Source: Naegleria gruberi
Lineage: Eukaryota
Assembly: GCA_000004985.1 (NCBI GenBank)
Contig: GG738867.1
Reading direction: 5' to 3' (one strand)
Length of the DNA stretch: 64,000 bases
Shown here: in pieces, positions 44,068 through 55,300 of the stretch
Numbering within the stretch: position 1 is the first letter of the stretch
Layout of the letters: each line of letters starts with the position of its first letter
The notes under the pieces: model-generated
Told to the model about the DNA's origin: nothing
What the model saw: the letters and a program-made list of their open reading frames with translations, nothing else
Databases searched by the model: none
Made by a program: the position numbers and the translations under genes

Positions 44068-46455
44068 TTATTCACAAATCCTTGAGATGAGTCCATAAAA
44101 TTCAACACCTGCAAGGGAAAAATAATTATTGTTCGAAGAATTGTTAGCAGTTTGAGTAATTTTGAAATATTGATAGTATGAGGTACAATTCAAATCCCAG
44201 GAACCGGTAGAGCCTTTGAGATTCAAAGCTTGGTCATTGGTATGTGTGAAAATATCTGAATAATTGATACCGTCTGAACTTCCACTCAAAGTCCAATGAC
44301 GAAGAGCTTCTCCATCTCTAGACATGGTGTGTCTGAGAGAATATTTGGTTGGCATCACTCTAATGGTTTCAAATTTGATAATTATGAAAGCATTGGCCTT
44401 TCCAATAAGATTACATTTAGTTGGTTCATGACTCACCAAGTCCTTTGCTGAGCCAACCTCAAAGTTGGATGAGGCAGTAACAGAAAGGTACGATCTATCC
44501 ATTGGGCTAGTGTATGCTTCTTGACTGTAATTGGTACCCAACCAATACAAGATTCCATTAGTATCAAAGTCCTTTTCATAGATAAAGACACGAATTTTTC
44601 TTGGTCTCGTGCTGTAAACAGATTCATCATTCTTCTTACCTTCCAATCTGCTAACTCTACTCCACAAAGCTTCCAAAATGTCTTCCTTAGATACAAAGAG
44701 TGGATCATTCTTGAGTTTAGTCAAGAGTGGAATGCTCAAGTAGGTATATCTTACACATTTGAATATTTGGACTTTTTGTTCTTGAGTCAACTTGTCCTTA
44801 TTACTTTCAATATAGTTGCAAGCAATTTCATAAACTTGATCCTCATCTTTAGTATAAAGTTCATCACATCTCAATAATTCTACAAATGTATTTGGCAATA
44901 CATCATAAATAATTGTACTTCTACCAGAGTTGAGTAAAGTGTAAAAGTTTGCAGCCAAAATTTGTGAACATTTACCAGATTGCTCTTCCAATTCTGGTAC
45001 ATGAGAATCACAGTATTGTAAATACTTGATAGCAAGTTCTACATCCAATGATCTAGAATCTACAGATGCATTGATAATGTTTTTAAATAATTCAATATTA
45101 TCAAATGCTTTGAACTCGTCAATAAATCTCTGTACAATTTCTGAAACAATTTTAACTCTCTCTTCGGTTGGATTACTCTTCATATTCTTATTTCCAATAA
45201 TGGAGAAGAAAATATCAAGAGGGAATTTACGATCATTATCAAAGACCTTTTCCACCAACTTTTGATTAAGAATATCAAAGTTATAAGCAATAGAATCAAC
45301 ACAAATACTCTTGATAGAATTATCATTTGAAATAATAGCAGAATCCAAAACATCAAACACATTCTCTGCATTGATAAATGAAAGCAAAAAGTTTTCAACT
45401 TCACACTTCAAAGGATCTACATCTAAAAAGTTGGCCAACAACTTCAAAGAAACCACATTGTATCTGTCAATGGTAATCATACCCGAATATAAATATTCTA
45501 TTAAAATTCATATATAATTACAATTATTAATAATTAATAATAATTATTACTATTACATACCAATGACTGTTGGAAAAACTTGATCAACATTACACAATGA
45601 TAAATTAGAACTCTTCTCATCAATAACACAATCCGAAGTAGTTTGGAATATCTCTCTGAAATAGGATGATCTATAACCCAGAACCATCTTGTGTACCTTG
45701 AATTGAACACCACCACATGTAACTGTAGCATCAGTAAACAAACCAGACTTGTAGAATGGTAAAAATCCTTCAATAAACAATCCAGGAATAACTTTAGCTT
45801 GCTCAATCACTTCCAATGGAACAACATCAACTTTTTCTGTTGTTGCTGTGGCTGGTGTTACTGGAGTCGGTACAGCAGTGGTGGTTGTTGTTGGAGTTGG
45901 CAATGTAGTAGTGGCAGCAGCAACAGGTGTTGGAGTTGTTGTTGTTGCAAGAGTCGGATCAACAGGTGGAGGAACACTCTTGTACTTTGTGATGAGACTA
46001 CTCGTTGGATCGACTTGAACCAGTGATTTGTATTCCTTTGTGGCGTTGTTATAGTTTGGAATGACAGCTAGAGTGAAGAGTTTAGAGCCTTCTAAAGGTT
46101 TCTTATTTATCTTTATGCCTTTTGGTGAAGAAGCAATAACATCAGTAGCACTATCTAATGTTGTTGAATCATCTGAAGCACTAGCAGTTGTAGTAGCAAG
46201 AGTTGTTGTTGTATCATCAGCAGCTGTTGTAAATAAACTACTTGTTGTTTGAGTATCAGCGGATGAAGCTTCTTGTCCTTGATCTGTTATTGTTGTTGTT
46301 GTTACTGTTGTACCTTGAATATCTCCTCCCTCTCCATTATTTGCTATCGATGAAGATGTTGCTCCCAATGTTGCAGGCGTGGTGGTTATTGTTGTTGTTG
46401 AATCCTCACTAGTGTTTGATCCAATTTCCATTTTTTTGCTTGTTGTAAAAATCAT
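44068..46455 (-). CDS. BTB/POZ-domain protein with Thr-rich mucin-like N-terminal extension and BACK-like plus beta-rich C-terminal region; exons 46455..45561 and 45497..44068
   Basis: The BTB core spans the intron (DATVTCGGVQFKVHKMVLGYRSSYFREIF...VFPTVIG | EYLYSGMITIDRYNVVSLKLLANFLDV). GTATGT donor at 45560 and TAG acceptor at 45498 (63-nt intron, phase 1). About 200 aa of T/A/P-rich sequence lie upstream of the BTB. The C-terminal approx 150 aa (HWTLSGSSDGINY...YFSLAGVEFYG) resembles a galactose-binding-like/discoidin-like module. Confidence 0.65.
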
Positions 46456-46601
46456 GAGTTCATCAACTTGCTTGTCTTTTCAAAGTTGAACTCAAAACCA
46501 CTTGAAAATAACAAATTATAAACTTGGAATTATTGAGAATGATAATTGAGAAAGGAATGTGAGTTTTTAATAGAGAAATAATGATTGGAAGAAGTGTGAA
46601 A

Positions 46602-49600
46602 TTATAAAATTTCCTTTCTTTGAGCATTGGGTGGTTCTCTAATTCTGGCAATTTTGATGAATTGCTCGACAGTCATGGTGCTTCCATAGAGTGCAGAGGC
46701 TTCTCGTTGTTGCTTTTGGATCATCATTTGGATTTGGAAAACTGGTTGGATGGCAAAGTCAACTCGACACTTTTCCAATCTGTTCATGGCTGTGGCAAGT
46801 TCTTCAAATTTGGCCCATCGAATCATGTTATTGTGATGTTTCACATAGGTTTCAGTTGAGTAAAAGTAGCTCAATTCTTCCTGTTGTAAAAAATCCATAA
46901 AATGATTCTGAATATACATGAGCTCTCTCAAGTGAGCTTCAACAATTGGAAGACAAGGAGTTCTGCATCCATCAAATAGGTCATTATAATTCTGATATCG
47001 AGAATCTTCAACAACTACTACATCGATATGATAATTGGATGGATCAAATCCGAAAAAGATGTCATATTTGGATTTGAAATGAATGAGGGATGGAGTTGGC
47101 ATGTGAGAGAAGGAAGAATCTTTTGATTTGGCAGTATGGTGATCCTCATAAAAGACTACGAGTGGATTAGTTTCCACTTCTTCAGCTTCATTGTCATCCT
47201 CTGAGGCAATTTGTTGCTGTTTGATTGAGTTGTTGACACTTGTTGGAATTACTCTGACAGTGCTTATTGATTCCTTTCTTCTGACAATATTTGGAGATGG
47301 AAGGGAACTTTCTACATTGACAGAAGTGGAACTATTGATAGAGAATGAGTCGAATGAGCCTGATTTTCTCATTTCTTGAACAATGGTATGGCTGTGTTTT
47401 GGGTGACCGAGATTTCTCACAATACTCTTGAAACTAAAGTTGGCATTTCCTTTGAATTTCTTTTTGGATTCATCGACAGTATGGTAGAGATTTTCCTTAA
47501 TGGCTGGATGTGAAAAGATGGTAGCAAGTGCATGGGCAGCACCATAGTTTTGCATATTGTACAATTCAATAATGATTTGCTTAATCTTGATGATCAATTC
47601 AACACGATCCTTGATGTGTGGTTTATCCAAGACATCACACATAAGCCAATTAGCTCTATCGTGGATCAACTCGAGATATTGACACAATTTAGGACAATTC
47701 ATCTTGAAATATTGAGATCTAAAATTGGAAATGGCCATATTGAAATCCAAGTAGCCATACGTCTTTTTACAATTCTTTACAGAGAGAATGGAATAATTCA
47801 AAAATTCAACACTCGAAATTTCACTATAAAAGTAATAATCCATAATAGTGAATTGTCTAGATAATTCTACAGGTGACACATCTGACCATTTGAGAGAGGA
47901 TGAAAAGACATTTGGAGGAATGTTTGGTCTTGGACATTTTGACGAGTCCATGTAAATGGTTTTGTAAAAGTGATAATATTCGTCAGTGTTGGTATTATCA
48001 TCATCAAGATTTTCATCGGTATCAATTGAAGTTTCCAAGGCATTCCTCTTTCCTCTTCTATTGTTGCCATTAGTGAAGATTACATCAGAATCTGATTCAG
48101 ATAAATGGGACGAGAAGAAATTAGACAACTTATCAGAGAATGACTCTGTGTCGGTCTTTTCAATTTCCAGCGAAGTGAATTGGGTATATTCCTTAATGCT
48201 GACCTTCTTTCTCAGATTCTTCTTACCTAAAATTGTTGCCATTTTCTTTTTCAATGTTGTATTGATAGTTTCACATAATTCGAGTGCATTTCCAACTTTT
48301 GATAGAGTCACAACCGAGTCTGGAATCTTGCTTGACTCAACCTTTTTCAATAAGTGTAGGGATTTTATCTGTTCGATAATCTTTGAGAGAAATTCGAACA
48401 TGTTTTGATTCCATTGATAGTAATATTCCGATAGCCAATAGCTCAACACATCGAGACAACAAATAATAATTTCAATACACTCTACAGTTTCCAAAAGTTT
48501 TGACATTGTGTTGGTAATTCTATCAACGTGTTCACCGACTGATTCTTCAAGAATATTATCATTAGTGACATCAGTAGAGGAAAAGACTCCCTTACTATCT
48601 AATCCGAAATTTTTCATGATCAAGATGAGTGGAAGACTCAACCTTTCGAATATTTTCAATAGGAGACCATCTGGAGACAGAATGTGAACATATCCCCTGA
48701 AGAATGCCTTTCTAAAAGTGTCCTTTGTTTCGATTCTTGTCTCAGGACGTACACAATTCTCTCCAAATACTTCGAAATAATCATTAGCAACAGTATCGTA
48801 TTCTCTGAAACGAATCTTACTCATAGTATCGAATAGTCTGTGCTCAGTGACTGTAACCATTTCAATGAGTTTGTTCAAAGTCAATCCAAATAAGACGTTG
48901 TGATTCTTATCGTCGTCTTTGAATGTATAAAAATTGGAGAATGAGTCAAATAATTCATGATGTTCTCCAGTGCTTTGATTCTTCCTCTCTATGAATAGTT
49001 TTCGTTGTTTGATATCATTTGAGGTCAGAGTTTCGAATGCAATCTTGGGAATGTTTGAGAACTCCTCCCAATAGGAAGGTTTCAGAGAGAGCTTGTTAGA
49101 TTGAGAACGAAGGAGGAATTTTTGGAAGAAATTTTGAGTTACTGTTTTCGAAGGAATGAAAGTGTTTCTTCTGATGGTACTTTCTCTCACTCTCGATTTG
49201 GCAGGCGAGAGAGGAGAATTTTTGCTCGATAAAGTGCTAGCTCTTCCATGAATGGAACGAAGCTTTTCCAATGTTTCGGCAGCTGTTGGTCTTCCAATAG
49301 GATTAGGATCCAATAATTTACAAATCAATTCGGCCAATTCAGTTCCATTAGTTACACATTCCATAACTTGTTGTCTGAGTTGGGCATGGAAATTCACATT
49401 CTGATACACCTCAATGTAAAATTGTCTATTCAAGACTTGGAACAAGAGTTCATAAAATACACAACCAAGAGACCACATATCTGTCGAATATCCATATGGT
49501 TCCTGGGACATCATTTCTGGTGAGCAATATTTAACAGTACCCAGAAGAGTTTGTTCAGAGCTAAAGCTTTGTGGAACAAGAAGCTGGTCAGTGTGAATAC

Positions 49601-50426
49601 TGCCATTATTCCTATTGAAAAAATTACCTCTTTCCTTTTCCAATTCTACTGCTTCTTCACTGGTGGAGAATTTCATCTTTTTCATAGTTTCAAAATCTCC
49701 AATCTTGATCGACTTTTCATCATTGGTAACAAAAATGTTACTCGGCTTTAAATCCAAATGTACAAATCCCTCGGAATGCAAATACTTGACACCCTCTGCA
49801 ATTTGAATCATGTAACTCAATAATTGATCTCTCGAAATGACTTCAAATATTGAATTGACATGACAATTATTCGTACTTTCGTATTGTTTAGTTTTCTTCT
49901 TCAAATAGGTATCCAAATCACCATGTTTAAAGTATTCCATTTGAAAGCAAATCCAATAACTTTGTTTCTTATCAACAAGCTGACTCAAATTCTCAACTTG
50001 CATCTTGATAGATGATGATGAATCGGAAGAAATTGAACCTGCTTCAGCAATTTCATTCTCATCCTCATCGTCATCTTCACTTCCAACAAGTAATTTGGAT
50101 TTTTCACTAGCTTCATTCTTTGTATTGGCAACAAACTGATTACCATTCACATTCCCAGTACCAGTACCAACACTATTTCCTCCTCCACCTCCTCCCAAAT
50201 TAGAATTACTATTCGAATTATTTGTATTCATAATATTTGCAAACTTTTCAAAAAAGATATCTTCAATTTCTACAAGATTTGGCGACTTTAAATGTCTCAA
50301 TTTCCATCCCTCAGATATAAATCTGTTCAACTCATCCTCCGAGTAGCATTGTGTCTTTTTGAGAACTTTTGTAATGTGCTCTCGGGTGACAATGACGAGA
50401 ACCATTTGTTGATTATTCTTCATCAT
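46602..50426 (-). CDS. Protein kinase - RasGEF (CDC25-homology) fusion protein; the 5' end possibly extends upstream
   Basis: 1274-aa ORF. Kinase C-lobe motifs YLHSEGFVHLDLKPSNIF, IGDFETMK, GTVKYCSPE and DMWSLGCVFYELL. Gly/Asn-rich insert. RasGEF N-terminal-like region and a CDC25 catalytic domain (..NMQNYGAAHALATIFSHPAIKENLYHTVDE.. / ..PCLPIVEAHLRELMYIQNHFMDF). The reading frame stays open for about 70 codons upstream of the first Met without another ATG. Confidence 0.65.
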   Translation of the reverse strand: MMKNNQQMVLVIVTREHITKVLKKTQCYSEDELNRFISEGWKLRHLKSPNLVEIEDIFFEKFANIMNTNNSNSNSNLGGGGGGNSVGTGTGNVNGNQFVANTKNEASEKSKLLVGSEDDDEDENEIAEAGSISSDSSSSIKMQVENLSQLVDKKQSYWICFQMEYFKHGDLDTYLKKKTKQYESTNNCHVNSIFEVISRDQLLSYMIQIAEGVKYLHSEGFVHLDLKPSNIFVTNDEKSIKIGDFETMKKMKFSTSEEAVELEKERGNFFNRNNGSIHTDQLLVPQSFSSEQTLLGTVKYCSPEMMSQEPYGYSTDMWSLGCVFYELLFQVLNRQFYIEVYQNVNFHAQLRQQVMECVTNGTELAELICKLLDPNPIGRPTAAETLEKLRSIHGRASTLSSKNSPLSPAKSRVRESTIRRNTFIPSKTVTQNFFQKFLLRSQSNKLSLKPSYWEEFSNIPKIAFETLTSNDIKQRKLFIERKNQSTGEHHELFDSFSNFYTFKDDDKNHNVLFGLTLNKLIEMVTVTEHRLFDTMSKIRFREYDTVANDYFEVFGENCVRPETRIETKDTFRKAFFRGYVHILSPDGLLLKIFERLSLPLILIMKNFGLDSKGVFSSTDVTNDNILEESVGEHVDRITNTMSKLLETVECIEIIICCLDVLSYWLSEYYYQWNQNMFEFLSKIIEQIKSLHLLKKVESSKIPDSVVTLSKVGNALELCETINTTLKKKMATILGKKNLRKKVSIKEYTQFTSLEIEKTDTESFSDKLSNFFSSHLSESDSDVIFTNGNNRRGKRNALETSIDTDENLDDDNTNTDEYYHFYKTIYMDSSKCPRPNIPPNVFSSSLKWSDVSPVELSRQFTIMDYYFYSEISSVEFLNYSILSVKNCKKTYGYLDFNMAISNFRSQYFKMNCPKLCQYLELIHDRANWLMCDVLDKPHIKDRVELIIKIKQIIIELYNMQNYGAAHALATIFSHPAIKENLYHTVDESKKKFKGNANFSFKSIVRNLGHPKHSHTIVQEMRKSGSFDSFSINSSTSVNVESSLPSPNIVRRKESISTVRVIPTSVNNSIKQQQIASEDDNEAEEVETNPLVVFYEDHHTAKSKDSSFSHMPTPSLIHFKSKYDIFFGFDPSNYHIDVVVVEDSRYQNYNDLFDGCRTPCLPIVEAHLRELMYIQNHFMDFLQQEELSYFYSTETYVKHHNNMIRWAKFEELATAMNRLEKCRVDFAIQPVFQIQMMIQKQQREASALYGSTMTVEQFIKIARIREPPNAQRKEIL

Positions 50427-50922
50427 GGATGAATCTGCTATGGAGAGTAAATCAGCAGCAGGAATGTTATTTGTGGAGGCATCAGAAAGAGCGAGAGAAT
50501 TATGTGGTGAAGATGATGAGATGATGATTATTGATGGGATTCGAATATTGATGACTTCCGAAACTAGAGGAAGAAATTCGTTGTGAATTGGAAACGGATA
50601 GACATTTAACCACTTGATATTGTTGTTGCGAAGATGATGACTTCATCCTCGATGCTCTGGTGAACTAGTTTAAAATGTGTTGAGATGAAGAGGCTAAATA
50701 TTATTCGAAACGAAGCAGATTTTTTTGGACTGTAATATGACAAGTTAATGAGGTGTCAGATAGGTGCATCCAATTTTGCCTTTTACAATTTCTTCCTGTA
50801 CTGTAATCAAACTCCTATTCAAAGGTTACACAATCAAATTGGCGCCATTTTAAAATCTTTTTGAAAAATAAGAAAAATAGAAAAAAGGCACAAAACTTTG
50901 GAAAAACAAATTACAAAAAAAA

Positions 50923-52216
50923 ATGTCCTTATTTTCCAACTCATTATTCACGCCTCCTACAGTTGCTAATAGTGATGATTGTAAAGATTGCACAGAGGAG
51001 GGATTTACCAGTCCTATGAGTTATGTGTGTTCCGATTGTTCCTCCAATTTGTGTTGTTATCACGGACAAAAACATATGAAGGAAAATTCTGATCATTCTG
51101 TTGTAGCTAAATCAGCTTACAGTAGTAATAGTAGTAGTAATAGTGGAAATGTAACAACAAGTGGTAGCAATTTGTTTGGATTTATGAGTTCTTCTTCTTC
51201 TTCTGGTATTTTCGGATCAACAAGTAATAGTGCTAATAGTATTTTCGGATCAACAAGTGGAACAACAAGTGGTGGTGGTTTGTTTGGTAATAGTAGCAGT
51301 ACTAATAATTCTGGATCGATATTTAGTGGTGCTTTTTCAACTTCATCCCCGATTGTTGAGCTTACTCCAGAGGAAATTATGAAGAAAAATCTTGAAGCTG
51401 TTGAAATGTTTGAGAATAGTAGGGATTCTGCATTATCACTCTTTATTGCAATGCATAACCATGTTCCTGTTAACAATAGTTGTAAATTGATTTTGGTTGT
51501 AAGTGAAATATTTTCTAATTTTTTCATCTATTTGAAATATTGTTAGGGAGATAGCTGTGGAAAATCATCCTTTGTTAAAAGATTAATCTCAAATGAATTC
51601 CATGGGCCATACATTCCAACCCTTGGTGTCTCTGTTCATGCAAAGGTAAGCTCTCTTGATTAATATTAATTCAAATTGACTTTATTGAAGAAATTTGAAA
51701 CAACCCATGGTGATATCACTTTCAACATTTGGGATTGTGCAGGTCAAGAAAAGTTTGGAGGCAAGTTGACTTTATTAAGCAATTCTAATATTATTTTATA
51801 ACATTTTAGGATTGAGAGAAGGTTATTATATCAATGGTAATTGTGCCATCATTATGTTTGATTGTGTAAATTCTTTGAAAAGTGTTAATAATTGGCTTAG
51901 AGATGTTGTAAGAATTTGTGAAGGCATTCCAATTGTATTGTGTCTCAATAAGGCTGATCTCTTATCAGAGGAAGCAAGACAAAGACTCAAATTTGAAATA
52001 GCAGGTTTTCGTGGTCGTATTCTCAACTATTTCGAGTTGTCAAATAAGGATTCATTGAATTTGGAAGATCCACTCGAATATTTGGCCAAAGCACTGCTCA
52101 AAAACAAACATGTTTCATTCTTTTCCAAGGTAAGAAAGCAACAAGAAAATGTATTCCATCAAAAGCTTCAAAACACTTCCATGACAGCAGATGCCAACAT
52201 CAAGACAATTGAGTAA
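50923..52216 (+). CDS. Divergent Ran-like small GTPase with N-terminal Cys-rich zinc-ribbon-like motif and FG repeats; exons 50923..51498, 51547..51645, 51691..51760, 51810..52216
   Basis: Ran homology runs across 3 introns: KLILVGDSCGKSSFVKRLISNEF (Ran [24 protein letters not shown]), [31 protein letters not shown] (Ran [31 protein letters not shown]), and VLCLNKADL (NKxD). Intron 1 is GTAAGT...TAG and intron 2 is GTAAGC...AAG. Intron 3 can only be drawn as GCAAGT...TAG (51761..51809), which exactly restores GG-L-REGYYI. The N-terminal 190 aa have CKDC...CSDC...CCYHGQKH followed by GIFGSTSN / SIFGSTSG / GLFGNSS / LFGFMSS FG-type repeats. Confidence 0.7.
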
Positions 52217-52394
52217 ATTAATCTACAGAATTGTTGTAAAATGAATATTGCGGTTTACTCCAACTCTTGATGAACAGTTCTGTTGATCCATGATGGGGTA
52301 ATAGACAACGATCCGTGTCCAGTACAGAAAAGACTGTTGATGAACGATACATTCCATTACATTCCACCATTACCAAATTTTCCACAAAAACGAA

Positions 52395-55300
52395 ATGTCA
52401 TCATCACACTCATTCACTCTAATCTTTCTAACTATTGCTGTTATATTGCTAACTTTAAATGGGCACTATTCGATATTTGCCTTTGATCTTACTTTTCCAA
52501 CATTTCCTGATGCCAAGTTTCGATCGGATACTTCCAATGCCACTGAAGTGTTTATTAAAGACTCAATTGACCAAATTGCTAAACAACTCGAGCCACCATC
52601 TTTAGCTCTTCCATATTATATTGATGGACCAATAGCACTATTCGCAGAAGTGGTTGGAGTTCTCTCAAATAGTGACACGTACAGTAAACCTTACGTAAAA
52701 CCACCAGATGTTATTTCGAATAGTACACACGAAATGTTGAACATAATGATGACCAAAGTATTGAACCGAGTAGAAACTGCCCTGTTAGAAACCAAATATG
52801 ATAAGCTTGTTATTGCTCTCGTTATTGAACTCGATAAGGATCTTGAAGTTGCTGATTGTAACATTTCGCCAATCATTCCAATAGAAATATCAAAAAAACT
52901 TGCTGACATTACTGTCTATTTGACAATTAATGGTCATTCCTTGAATATGAAATGTGGTGGAGATTATTTATTCTCTAGTGGTCCAGATTCCAATTGGAAC
53001 ATTGTTATTAACAGAGCAGTACTTTCGAATATATATTTTACTGGAAATTATGTTTTCAAAAAGGTTGAATTTTTGGCTCAATGTGAAATATCAGCTTCTA
53101 GTTTTTTAGTATTCATCAAATCCAAGACTCTTCACACACTATATATTCCCTACATTAGTGCTATTAAGGAATTGATATTTATTGATAGTGTTATGGATAA
53201 ATTAAGAGTGGATTTCATTCAAGAGTTTCATCTATTTTTGGCAAGTAATAGTTTGATTGGTTTAGGAATGTTCGATTGTGAAATTAAGAATGTTTGGCTG
53301 TATAATTCAAAGGTTTATCTAGAAGACAGGTTTATTATTGAAAGTTCTGATCAATTCATATTATTTAACTCAACTATTCAATCAAAGAACTCTCCAATAC
53401 AGATGAGAATAGAATATTCGAAACTTATTTTCATAGATGGCTTTAAAAATTCTCATACTCCAATCATGCTCTCACTTTCACATTCCATTTCTGTTGTAAT
53501 GAAAAACATATTACTCAATTCTGCCACTTTACAACAAGAATCACTTCTTAATTTTCGAGGAATCAAATCATTATCCATCTATTCCTCCATATTTAAAGAA
53601 AACAATGCAAATAGAATTATAGACATTAGTGATTCAAGTGAGGTTGACATTAAAGAGATTTTATTTGAGGAGAATTCTGCTACTGATAGTCCAATTTGCA
53701 TTTCTCCTGGTGGAGCTAAGAGCTCACATACCCGTATTGTGGACAGTGTTTTTAATAGGAATAAGGCGGGAAATAAGGCAGTGATTGCATTGTCTCATCC
53801 AATTATATTGGCCCGATCTGTTTTTAATGAAAATGAGGGAGTTAGTGGAGGTTTGTATATTTTGATTTAAATTGGTGGTTGACCATGTTTAGGAGCTATT
53901 TATGTTGAAGCTGGATTTACTATTTCTGGGTCCACTTTCAAGAAGAACAAGGCCAAGAATGGAGGAGCTCTGTATATTCACTCAGAAATTGGTGCTTCAG
54001 GTACCATGCAAAATGTTGATTTTGTGGAAAATCAAGTAACAGATCTAGATGATGTTAAAGTGTGTGGTCAAGATAGTTGTGATGGAAGTGGAGGTGCTAT
54101 TTATTATAACCAAAACGACCTTTTCTCAATAATGTCATGCAATTTTGTCAAGAATTTGGCTGTCAGAGGAGGTGCCATCTTTGCAAATTTTGAAAATGAT
54201 ACCATTTTTATTACTTATTCGAAATTCAAAGAAAATTATGCAAGTTATGGAGGAGGTGCAATCTATTCTAATTCTGCCTCATATCTTCCATTAATTTATG
54301 AAGAATTGGGAAGTGGAAATAAGGCTAAAGTATTTGGAGATTATGTTGCTTCTTCCATTGCTAGTGTGAATTGGAGAGTTCAAATTGAGGATCAAAAAGA
54401 TAGATTATATGAAGGAAATCAAACTATTTCAGTATATCCAGGTCAATTATTTACCATTATTCCCTATTTTACTGACCTTTACAATAATTCTTTTGTAATG
54501 AATAAGGAAGTTTCAAAAATCAAAGTTTCAGGATCAAATTTCACAATTAGTCAATCATCAGAAAAGGAATTTACTAATCTATTCATTGCATCAACCGGTC
54601 CACTTCCAAATTCTGAACATTTACACATGACAACACTTACCATTTCATTTTACAAAACCGAAACCAATCTAAAAGTCCAACTTCTCCCCTGTCCAAAGAA
54701 TTTCTATTTGAAAGATAATCAATTTAGTAAGAATCTTGTCTGTGTCTATGAAGAATCCAGAGAATATCTGATTGCTGTAGCTGTTTCAGTAACCATTGTG
54801 GTCATTACCCTTCTCCTATGCTCAATAGGTGTCATTTCCATGCTCTGCTACAAGATATCCCACAAGGTAAAGTATTGGATGCGTAGAGATAAGGCAGAAA
54901 AGGAAATTGAAAAGCGATTACTCGAATCTGATCTATGTCCAGAAGAGGAATTGCTCAGTGTTCGAAATTTGAATTTTGTGATTAGTATTGATCAGATTAC
55001 ATTGGAAAGAAAGATTGGAGAAGGTGGTTCTGGAATTGTTTATTTGGGAAAATGGCATCACCATCCAGTTGCTGTCAAATGTCTTAAACTTCAAGATGCT
55101 TATCAAAATTCAGATGAAATTGAAAAGGAAGCAGCTCTATTATGCAAACTTAGACATCCCAATATTGTATTATTCTTTGGTGTTTCATTAACTCCACAGA
55201 AACAATATCTCATTGTGGAATATTTGGAGAAGGGAAGTTTGGAGAAACATATTTCATTAATGAAACGAAACCATCAATTCGAATTTGTTGACAAGTTGAA

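Noticed and set aside
51675-51778. Repeated TTGACTTTATT element in two adjacent introns of the Ran-like gene, considered as a possible regulatory or duplicated motif
   Set aside because: It is most simply explained as similar branch-point (YTRAY) contexts in two short introns. It is mentioned under the GC-AG intron finding rather than as a separate feature.
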